NCBI GenBank assembly: GCA_051362555.1
Contig: CM120642.1
Span: forward strand, 18,166,001-18,230,000
Direction of reading: 5' to 3'
Origin: Lingula anatina
Taxonomy: Eukaryota; Animalia; Brachiopoda
DNA: 64,000 bases
In this document: one piece after another, positions 50,287 to 61,695 of the stretch
Position numbering within the stretch: the first letter of the stretch is position 1
Layout of the letters: each line of letters begins with the position of its first letter
Translations under genes and position numbers: made by a program
The notes under the pieces: model-generated
Databases searched by the model: none
What the model was told of the DNA's origin: nothing
What the model saw: the letters and a program-made list of their open reading frames with translations, nothing else

Positions 50287-53200
50287 ATGTCACAAATATT
50301 TGAAGAAAATGGGGTAAAAATTGCTGTGAATAAAAATCACACCACTCCAGAGAAGACTGACACTTTCTACAACCCACGCATGACCATATGCAGGTGATTT
50401 TTTGTTCATTTTGTCATTGCAAACATAATGATACATTTTTTTTTAGGAGCCAATAATAATTTTCTTTTAGCCAAGAAATATTCATTCAATCAAGTCTTTA
50501 GAACTTCAAACTTTTAAAACTTTAAACCTTTAAAATTACATCAATGAAAATAATTTTCCTCTATAAGTCAAACTTCACCTTTAAAAAATTGCATCAGTGG
50601 AGATATTTTTTTTTTATTTCACAGGGAAATTTCTTTGTCTGTTTTGAGTGCTTTCTGCTCAGAGTTAGAAGATAAGACACCAGAGTGCCTAGACGCATTT
50701 TCAGCTACTGGTAAGCTTTCAAGTCTTCACCAATATACATACGGACACATGCACGCACATGCGTACACACACTTAGACATGCTCATGTGTCAGGAGCAGA
50801 TCCAGAGATATTTTCTGACAGTATTCCAAATTATCTTTGTTGATCCATCCTCCATTTTTGATGGTCTTCCAACAGAAAAAAATTGATACCCGTCAATGTA
50901 AACAATATAAAATCTGACCGTCTTCCAGAACAATGGAAAACCGCCCCGGACCACTATACACAGAAGCACATGTACACATATGTGTACATATCACAGACTT
51001 GCAAATGTGTGACCTTTAACAAAATTTAAGTAACAAGACAAGTGGAAAAACCTGAGCTGAAATTTCCCTTGTTGGAAGATTTTCTATTTAGAAGTGGCAA
51101 ATTTGGTTGAGGCTACACATGTATACAATACATTTTGTGTGTGGTACTGGGTATATATTTTCCTTCTAGATAATTTTCTCAGTGTTCTTGTCTGTTAAAT
51201 TATTTAATTTTTTAATCAGGCCCGTGGCTTTGGGGGGGGGGGGGGGGGGGGGAGGGTGGAGGGGGGGTTGAAGGAACCACCTTTTTTGTCAGGAAAAAGT
51301 CCATTCTTGGTAAAATTTGATCTTAGTACACAAAGATTTCATTGAAAAAGGTCCGCTTTTTCAGAAAAAGAACCCCCCTTTTCAAATTGCTGGCTATGGG
51401 CCTGAAAAAAGTTCCTTAATTAGATAATGGCTTAAAATATGTAATTTTTCAATTATAACATTACATCTGATTCAGTGACAGCGCATTGATTTAGTGCACT
51501 TACCAACCATATTTTACACCTTTCTGATTTTTCAAAGGCATATCTGGACTACAGTGGAAGAAACACCTTGGACACAAGGTCAAGGTTACGATGAATGACG
51601 CCAATGCTGACGCAGTACAGAATATCAAAGACAATTGTGCCTTGAATGGAGTTGAATTTCACCAGAATTTAGAAATCAAACCAGGGAATGGCCAGAATGG
51701 AGGACCAGATGTTATTGATAGTGGTGAAAAGCAAGAAGACCTTAGTAAAGTGGAGGTTTTTCAAGCAGATGCCAATGTTTTGTTATACCTAAGGAGTTTT
51801 GATTTTGTGTGAGTAATTTAAAATGTTATTTGTTTTCTTCAAACACATCTCCCAACCAGTTTCATTGTCTGATATTGCTTTTCTCGTTATAATTGAGTTA
51901 ATGCAATTAAAATCTGTTGTGATAGGTCCCTGTGAATGATTCCTTTTATTATTACTATTAAAAACATTTCAGAAATCTGGATCCATATGGATGTGCAGTG
52001 CATTTTCTCGAGTCAGCTTTTCGCAACACTCGGAATGGAGGGATCATCGTCATAACCTCTACCGATGTGGCGTCACTGTATGGGAAGTGCAGCCATGTTG
52101 GACTGAGGAATTATGGGGCATATGTTGTGAAGACAGACTACATGAAGGAAATGGCTGCAAGGATGGTGTTGGGGGCTGCTGCAAGGTGAGATATACTGTA
52201 CCCGTAACCCTGATTTTCTCTTTCAGTGATACTGATTTGGATTTAAGTTGTTGTTCTGATTTTACCTTCAATCAAAAGATCTACATATATATATTATGTC
52301 TCAAAAATCTAGGAAACATTTAATACAAATGGTATCATGCTGATTTATCATCTGTTTTGAAACTGTTGTTGAGTTGTTGTCAAAGTTTGTAAATAGTATC
52401 TTGTCATTTTTAAATCATCTTATGTATGCAGTGTACTAGTAGATGCTACAGGAACTGAACTCTTTGAGGTGTTTTAGTTAGTGTAGTTAAAAGTTATATG
52501 TTATCCTTTTTCAAGGTGAGTTACAATATTTAACACATTGCTTTTTCCAACCACTTATACATATTGACTACAGATAATTTGGACAAAACGAAAATGACCA
52601 ATGGAAATCGTAATACTCAAAAGAATCAGGCCCAGCAATTTCTTATGTCTCTTTTATTTCCTCAGATGTGCCACAAGATGTAACAAGGGGTTTGAGGTCT
52701 TGGTCTCCATTGCCGTGGAACATTTTGTACTGGTGGCAGTAAGGATATGTCGTGGCCCGAAATACGCAGATGCAATAGTTCCCCTGGTCCAGCGAGTTCT
52801 TCACTGCCAGATATGTGAAGAGAGGGTCTTCTATCCCCCGGCTCACACACCTGTAGGTTAGTATGGTGTAGACTTTCTTCTGTATATTGTTAAATGATTA
52901 CAGATTTTGACATTTACCAATTGGCAGAGAAGCAGAGTCACTGAAGGTCAGTTATTTTTAATGAGATAACTTCCTGGTCAACAAACTCATTTATATTTTG
53001 GATATCCATGGTCACTATATGTCAGCAAAAATTTCTCGATGTGTCTGAACTATTTTCGATTGATTAAAAAATTTGTAATTATGTTACAAACTAGTTAAAG
53101 TGGGTTTGGTGTTTTGGTCACTTCAACACTCAACTGGGATAGGCGACTTTGGCATTGGTCAATTATCCCAGCCTCAACCTAGCCAAGAGGTGACCTCAAC

Positions 53201-55180
53201 AGAAGTCAATCATTGTACAGCATATTTGTAGGACTTAACATATCTAGTTGATTGAAAAGATGCAGCAAGGTGTGTATATGACATTTTCTCATGCTTTGCA
53301 GTGATTAAAATCACATGCATCTGGCCAATTCATGGCATGTCCTTTAGTTTAACCAGTAAGAACTGTACACCTTCATATATAATATTTATGTGTTTTTATT
53401 TTTGTAGAGGCCCCATACACCCTGCTTCCATGTGACTGTACACAGAAGTATCCTGGGAAGACAGCATTGGACCTAGGTCCCGTGTGGTGAGTGGATGGGT
53501 GTGATGAATGGGTGGATGGGTGGGTGGGTATGGTACTGAGGTGGGTGGGTGTGGTGAGTGGGAGGGTGGGTGGGTATGGTACTGAAGTGGGTGGGTGGCT
53601 GTGGTGAGTGGGTGGGTGTGGTAGTGAGGTGGGTTGGTGGGTATGGTAGTAATGTGGTAGGGTATGGGAGTGAGGTACGTGGGTGGTATGTGGGTGACCC
53701 CCGTGAACTTGAGGTACATATTTTTGTGATTATATTTAACCTGGATTATGTGTCACAAGCATGGTGGATGAGTTTTGTGAGAGAAAGGTAGTGATGTTTT
53801 GGGGTTGGGTCTTGAAGGGGAGGTTTGAGCTTTTAACATATGGTAAGTTCTTAAAAGAGAGACAATAAAACAAATAAAAATTTGCAAAATAACAATGTTC
53901 CAATTAGAATGAGAGGTTGTTGGAAATTGAAAGCAGACAAATTTCTTTCATACTTATTAATTAGGGTGCGGGGACATTTACTCACTCCTTAAATGTGAAA
54001 TGTTATGGATTTTAAAACTTTTTTATCTGTCAACTGTTAGATGTCAACCTCTTCATAATTGAAAATACACAGTTATTAGAAATAACAACATGAGATAATG
54101 TGGATTGTTGCTTTTTTTCCAGGATTGGTAAGATCTTCTCCTGCACGTTCATCAGTAAAATGCTCAAGTCTGCGAGGAATCTGAAGCTGAGTTCTAGACT
54201 ATGTTCTTTGTTAGAGACAGTGCATTGCGAGGCTTTGTGTCCAGAACAAGTGACACCAAGAACTTTAACTAACCACTCACATCTGGGGATTACAGATGAA
54301 ATGAGAGGAAAAGAAAGTGGCCTCAATAAAGGTGGAGAAAATGAGAGAGAAAAAACTTTACATAACCAGACCCAGGGATGTGTTAATATAAGTGAACTAG
54401 AGGATGCTCCAATTACCAGTAATTTAAAAAATGTGGAAACAACAGAGGCTGTAGCAAATGACAGTCAGGGAGAAACACCTTCATCCCTGAAGAGAAAATC
54501 TGAGGCTTTAGAGTCACCAGAGGGAGGCACGGTGGCCAAGAAGAGAAAACCTGAAACCTTGAGTGTTGAGGACCCAGTCCCTTTCTATTACAGTGTTCAC
54601 AGGCACAGGATAAAGGGAGTGGATTTGCCAAAGTAAGAATAACTGATAAATTGGGATCTTGGATTTTATCAAGTACTAGTATAATAATTATTTTTGAGAA
54701 GAAAAGTAGTAATATTTTAATGCCTGACTAACCAAGAGTATCTTCATGAATTTGACTTTGAAACGTGGATGAATATTTGAAAGGAGTTACTTGGATATGT
54801 AGAAATGGTCATAATTGCTTTGAGAATTTAATTTTTAAAAAATCTCTTCCAGTAGGTGGACAATTACACAGTTGAATTTTAGCTGGTTTAGACATAAAAA
54901 TGTAGTTTCTTTTTGAAATGATTAACATTTTATTGCCATCTTTGCTATTATTATAAGGTACAAACTTAAGGTAAGTTCAGCTCCAGTGTGTTTGAATGTG
55001 TAATAATACCATTATCTTTTTCTTTCTTTCAGAGCCCCCAAACTAGTCCACTTCCTCCAGTCAGAGGGATATTGTGCCAGTCGAACCCATTTCAATCCAA
55101 CTGCAGTGAAAACTTCTGCCAATCTTGCACAGTTGAAGGCAGTGTTATTAAAACATTGCAAGACAGTTGATACCACTTGA
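50287..55180 (+). CDS. TRMT1L: TRMT1-like tRNA (guanine-N2)-dimethyltransferase; exons 50287-50393, 50625-50710, 51538-51808, 51973-52185, 52666-52856, 53408-53486, 54123-54632, 55033-55180 (possible extra first exon 49246-49272)
   Basis: Trm1 motifs FYNPRMTICREISL, CLDAFSATGISGLQWKKHLG..VKVTMND (GLQWxKHLG typical of TRMT1L rather than TRMT1), FDFVNLDPYG, ITSTDVASLYGK, EHFVLVAVRICRGP, LGPVW.G.IF, PFYY, SRTHFNPTAVKTSA; all junctions GT-AG and in phase. Confidence 0.92.
51218..51404. mobile_element. MITE with poly-G interior in a TRMT1L intron
   Basis: caggcccgtggc ... gctatgggcctg terminal inverted repeats. Confidence 0.65.
53487..53697 (+). repeat. G/T-rich minisatellite (GGTGGGTG/GTATGGTA units) starting at a TRMT1L splice donor
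   Basis: Repeated gtgggtgggt, ggtatggtactga and gtggtgagtgg motifs; many GGG runs (G-quadruplex potential). Confidence 0.8.
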
Positions 55181-56855
55181 CCAAATTTTGTTTTGATGTC
55201 GAGCTATTAGCCAGTAGACAAAATCACAAATTATCAATTTTTCAAAAATGAACAAAATGCATTACAGACACTGAACTTAATTAAGGAAGTGACCTATATA
55301 AGAGAAGAGGGTTTTTCACATATTGGCACAGCAAACATATGGAATTTGACTTAGGTCGCATTCACAACAGATGATACTGGTTCGAGGATCAAATATTGCA
55401 GACCCTACCTGAAAACAAGACCTTCTAATCCCTTAGTCTCTATATCTTTGCCTTCCCTGCAGGGACCTAGCAATTAAACCATGAAGTGAAGTGGATATTT
55501 AATCCATGTGGAGGCGAAGAGACCATAAAAGGATTAGGCGATCTTGCTTTCATGTTGGGTCTGCCATGTTTGATCCGCAGATCAGTAGATCCGAGGATCA
55601 TCTGTTCTGAATGTAACCTTAGGTGCCCAGACTGGGTTTTTCTTTCAATATTAATACAAAAACTCTGAGCCAGTTTCAAATTTTGTATGTTGTGATTTTG
55701 CAATATTAATTTGATAATTTTTTCATCTGCTTTATTGAGCAAAGAATATATATTGTAATATACTAGCCACAGTCTCGAGATAAAATGTTTTACCCCTAAT
55801 TACAGTGCTTTGTGCAATTTGGAGAAGTTCTTATTAGTTTATTGTAAAATTATGCTATTTGACACACTTGTAATATTGTACGAGCTCAGTAATAGAACAT
55901 AAAATTTACTTTGAAATTAAGATCAAAATGATGTATCTGAGCCATATTTGAAAATGACAAAGTTTGTATTTTCATAAAAAATTAAATAATAAAACTTCAC
56001 TGGGTATCTTGTAATATTTTATTTTGTACATATATACAAAAAAATTGGCTTGCAATCTTTACAATTTTGCAATGCTTGGGTCCACATAGCTTTTTAACTG
56101 CACAGGCTTTACTTCTAGACTGCATTTTCTGGCACAAGGAAATTTCTTGACTTTTGAGACCCTATGTGTTCTAATAAACAATAAATCTTAGCAGTTGCCC
56201 ACTTTTATAAACCACAATCTCGTATCTTAATGGGCTTATTTTATCCATAACTTAAAGGTGGGATGGACATCTGATTTCAGCAACACTGCTACAGAACGTG
56301 ACAATGTAAACAAATAAAAGATACTGAAATTGTTTCATACATGCTACTAGTTACAGACATCATCAATATTAACACATCTTAGCTTGGAATGGACAAATAT
56401 CACTGAAATGTGTGATATGAAACTACAAATACTTGAATGGGTCAATACATTGCATCACTGAACTATTCAAGAATGGGAAAACATATTGGAATTGTGAAGA
56501 TGCAATGTGAAAACATGAAGCTCCATGGAAATGCATGCTTATTTTAACTGCACTAGCCAAATGCTTTACATGTAGAGCATTCTATATAAGTAGCAATAAT
56601 GACAAACACTTGGACACAAATGCCTGGGTCTTGGTAATCTCACCAAGGGGTGACCATCCAACGCCAGATTTATTGTCACCTGTAAGCATCAAAAACTCGA
56701 AGAAATGCATTTTTTTTTTACCAAATGGAAAAGTCTTGGTCATCAGATGACTAACTGTGAATTTTGACCAATACGCAAGCCCCCATTGTCCACAATCTAT
56801 TTGCAGCATGCTCTTGAAAGAATTTGAACATCATGTCTATACCTGAAGATCAGTT

Positions 56856-59800
56856 CTAGAATACCCAGTATCTAAGAATGAGCAGGATTATTATGACAAT
56901 AACGATAACTGCTCCTATCTTGGCATATGAGGACTTGAGGTTCAAGTAGTGGGCGTCTTTCTTGTACTTTTGTGACAGTGTGGAAAGATTGGCTGCTTTG
57001 GTGTCCAATGCTGAAATGAAATGAAATGAAATATTGTAATATAATGTAATATTGAGCAAATGTTTCTCTGAGAACAAAAGATATGCAGTTAGCCACCATG
57101 TTTGAGTGTCTTAGACTCTTACCAACCTGGCCACACTTGGTTTCAAAGGCCCCATTCAGAATAGGGGACTAACTAGTCCAAGGGTCAAATACGGCCGACC
57201 CACTTGAAAACTTCCCCATGGGATATCTATTCAGTGTCTATTAGCGGATTAGACGGCAAGATTTGTAGTGGGTCACCATATTTGACCCTCTGACTAGTTA
57301 GTCCCCTATTCTGAATGTGGCAATAGTAGCATTTATGTCATATACACAGATACATGCAAAATCCTCTTGTGCAAAACACTTGTGGCTTATATAAAATTGC
57401 ATGTCTCATAACATCCATTACATATATGACCTAGTAAAATACAATAAAAGAGCATATATAAATATGATACTTAGTGTTGAAGATGCAGAAAAAAACAATG
57501 TAAGATTCCATTATATTTCAAAGGACTGGATCTTTGCACCTTTTTCCTTGTCAATGCTTGCAAAAAGTTCCCCCTCTATAACTTAGCATTCACCAATAAG
57601 CACTTGCATATAATTCCACATGGAAATCCCCATCATAATCATTAAAATTGTTCATACACAAAGCATTAATTTACCTGATAATGCTTCCCCTCTCTGTAAT
57701 ACATCATCAATGTTTTGCACCATGATTCTTTGGACATCTTGTAGTTCTGTGTTGATATGTCCAAGGTTTCTTCTAGCTCTGGAGTCCATGTATGATTTTT
57801 TGGCCTTTTGAATATATGTATCTGAGAAAGACAGGAAACGATTCTATTATAAAATTATAAATGTTATATTCAAGAAATGAAAAAAGGTAGATGCTCACAA
57901 AAATATTGCCACATGTTACCTACATAACGTGAAATAAATTATCACTTTTTCATTTTTTTTCACAATTACTGTAAATTATGCCCTTCATTTTTTTTAAACA
58001 AAGGAATTTATTTCATCTTTCACTTGTCATAATATTCTACAAATAAATGCTCAAACAAAAATGCATTACTAATTAATTAAATGTATTCCAGTAGCAAAGA
58101 TATATCTATGCAGCGTTCTCTTTTATTAAAAAAAAAAATGACCAAGTCATTAACATCTTTCCCACTTTGAAAACTATAATATAAATGGCCATCCCAACAG
58201 TCCATTCATGAAATAAAACATTCTGTTCATTTTCATCTGAAAGTTGTATAACTCGACTAGACCTACCAAATTCAATAAAACTGTATGGCCTGGATACTGT
58301 CTGTATTTTTGTCCCATATTGCATATTAAATTCTGTTTGTAAATCTTCTAGGTATGTGTATGCTAGTCTTTTGGAAAATGATTGTTCACACAGGACAAGG
58401 TAACACACCCCTCTCTCAATCAGGTAGCTGAAAAAAAGAAAAGATCTTCACTGCAGTACATCCACCTAAAATTTAATGCAGAATTTGTTAAATATCTTTT
58501 TAAGTAATTTAAATGATTATTAGTAACAGTAAACTAGAGACTGGACATGGAAACAATAATTATTCACAGAATGTTCATATGTTATTGTAGATGTTTACCT
58601 GTGACAGTTTGTTAAGTATTGTGTCTATGTACATTAAGTTGCATGGACACAATGTTGTGTTAAACTGCTGGTAGGCAAACTCATACGCCACACCCATGCA
58701 CACACACATACGCACATGCATATGAACATACTCAAAACACACACACACACACACACACACAGACGCCTACTTACTGGAAAACATAAGCACCAGCCTCCAA
58801 GCTACATCTGACTGGGGATTGTTCGTTGAGTTTCTTAAACAACTGTTTGGCTTTATTTTGATACTCCATCAACCCTCGACCAGACTGAAAGAAAATTGGG
58901 AAAATCAAATCGAAAAATAACATTTACTAAAATGATTTTGCTGTGTTTCATTATAATTATGATAGTTCAAAGAATATGAAAAAGTTTATTTATTAATGTG
59001 ATTCTTATTGTTAATTTGGTTGAGGTGGGGAACTCTAACATTTAAGTTACTAGTACATCTGTTCTACTTGTGATTCTTCATTTTTTGGGTTAACTTCTAA
59101 TAATGTAGCCTTGGCTACCATCAACTGTTGAAATCAATGATTTCAGTAATGCATGCAAAATGAACATAATACTGTGAGGATGTTCCCATTCCAGATGATA
59201 TAATTTACTGTTACCAAATTAGCTGTTCCTATTTGACCATTGCAAAAAAAGGGCAAGGGGGGGGGGGGGAGGGCTTGCAATCTATCATTTCCCATGGATA
59301 AGGTTTAATCAGTGCCTTTTCTTATGGGTACTTTTTTCCCCCAAGTACTCATTTCCGCCTTATAATTTTCCAAACTGTCTGTTCCCATTGGCATCATATA
59401 CCATATGCACCCCCGTTATCATTTATGAGTCCTTACCAGTAATTTAGTTGCTAGTGGTATGTTTAAATAATATCTGTTATCACCATAACTTAAACATTCT
59501 GGTGTATAGAATTATCAGACTGGACTGTCAGCTTTTGCATGTTAATCTATCTAATCATAATGATTTGGTATCTTAATTGCAAGTTGGAAAGTCAAGAGTC
59601 AATTTGTGTGAGAAACTCTAATAAATTTTCAAAAATCGTTGACACTAAAACTCACCATTACTCTGCCTTTTTCCAAGTGATAAATGTACGTTCACATGAA
59701 CGCCGAGTTTATCACGCAAGCATGATCTTTCAACTTAGAGTTTACGATAATGTCAACCGAAGAAACTGGCCAACGTGGAACTTGAAGTTTGAACTCGTGA

Positions 59801-59890
59801 AATGTCCACACTTACCTGTTCGTCTTCTTGCATTGACGCCGCTAAGGGTAGCCCGTCCACTAGACGTGCGATTAGTGTCATCAACACCAT
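56856..59890 (-). CDS. SEC22B: Vesicle-trafficking longin R-SNARE SEC22b; exons 59890-59816, 58884-58775, 58427-58267, 57821-57675, 57010-56856
   Basis: [87 protein letters not shown]...[81 protein letters not shown], then a C-terminal TM ending RYWVF; 648 nt, GT-AG junctions. Confidence 0.97.
57148..57321. mobile_element. Fold-back MITE in the last SEC22B intron
   Basis: cattcagaataggggactaactagtc..agggtcaaata vs tatttgaccct..gactagttagtcccctattctgaatg. Confidence 0.8.
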
Positions 59891-60332
59891 TTTGTGTATG
59901 TGCTTATTTGATGCTACTTTTATCTGAAATTTGATTAAATCTGGTCTCTCACAGTGACACAGTTAATTCAATAACACTGACGTGGCCAAATGTACGCAAG
60001 ACAGGAACTATGACCTACTTCATACTTCCGGTATATTCGGCAAAGTTCGTAAGTAAGTTTTGATCAAAATTTTCTTGATTTATTGTTATTTAGTGCATCT
60101 ATTTTATAAGTGCAGGGGTATATTATAAATATGCCTTTTAATTATTATATATGCTTAGCTTAAAGTTGCTTAAATAAAACTAGGTCAATAAAAACGATTA
60201 CCGAAAACACGTAGCATCGACTTCGGCATTAAAATGGCCGACCTTACAGATGGTTCCGTGACAGGGGCATATTCGGCTCTTTTTCACAAAGAATAGGTGT
60301 TTGAGAATAAAAGGAGACATTGTTAACCCAAG
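59891..60332. promoter_or_regulatory. Bidirectional promoter between SEC22B and SEC16, with probable non-coding first exon of SEC16 ending at donor 60332|GTAGGT
   Basis: TGACGTGG (59978-59985), ETS-type ACTTCCGG (60024-60031), YY1-type AAAATGGCCG (60231-60240); divergent genes on either side. Confidence 0.6.
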
Positions 60333-61695
60333 GTAGGTAGAATAGCTCGATGTAACAGCCACACTTTAGGAAACCTAATGTGATTACATGAAAGTTAAGA
60401 CATAATTCTTATTGAAGCAAACAGCTGTGTATTGACTTCCTTCAGTTTTCTCACATAATGACATTGGCTTTTATAATTAATTTGATATCAAACTGAGAAC
60501 TGTCTTTAAATTGACTTTGTTGAATTTGAAAATTTATGCTGAATCGATACAGTTCAACCAGATACTAGTCTTTGGTTAGACTGGGTTTTCTTTTTACGTT
60601 ATGAACGTTAAATATGGAAGTAACTGTTTTACATGTCAGGTACATTACGATAAATATAGGTCTGCGTTCTGTGTGTGATCTCTTGCGTGATAAGCCTGGG
60701 GTTAAATACAGGTGCATTTAAGTATGTTATTACGATTCCAAAAAGACTGAGATATTCAAATACAGACTAAGTTAGAAAACCTTATGCAGTGATAGTCACT
60801 TAACTGATGTGTAACTTGTCGTACAGATGAGATGTTTATTTACAGCAATCTGAAAAAAGAGGAAAATTTAATTCGAAAATGGTCAAAACATTAATCAGGC
60901 CCACCAATTACTTATAAGTGATAACAAATATTTTATTACTAGGTACTATCAAGAACACTTTGCAGCCTGTGCAGATAGAAGAAAATACAATATTGAGTAA
61001 AGTGTAATAAGCCTACTTAGAGGTGAGTAAGTGGAAAGTTGAATTTTTACAGCATTTCACACATTTATCGGTTAAAAGTGATAGTGAAATTGTTGAATCT
61101 TTTGACTTTAAATAGTGTGCTTATTATTGCTAAGTCTTGTTTTTTACCTGTAGATTGAGTTGCTGACAAGTTTATAAAGCTGTTATTAATTGTAAATTGT
61201 TGTGTGTCAAAAAAGCTTTTATGATTAAGTTTTAAAAGTAGTCAAATATTTATATGAAAAAAAATTGTGTCTATGCAATAACAGTTTCAAATTATTTTGA
61301 CCAGATTTCATGACATGTACAGGACAGATTCTTTTTTTTTTTTTTTGACAGTGAATCATTAATTTACTTAATATTGAAGAAAACCCATCATAACCTCTTT
61401 TCTGTACAAAATTTATGTCTGATTGAAATGGAGAATGGTGTGGTTTGCAAGAAGCCATAAAGTAGGAGTGAAAGTTTTCAGCAAATTCAGGTTTCATTTC
61501 ATTTGTTCATTTGACACTGTTAAGGATACACCATCAATTCATTGTTGGTTGATTTAAAAACTTACAAGTTTAATTTATGTCAGGGCATTTTTATGTACAA
61601 ACATCACCTGCATCTACCTTGCCCTTTCAGAGATAACAGGGTAAGTTGAAAACTGTTTGACTTTGTGTTTTGTTTATGTTACAGGTTTGTCCAAG

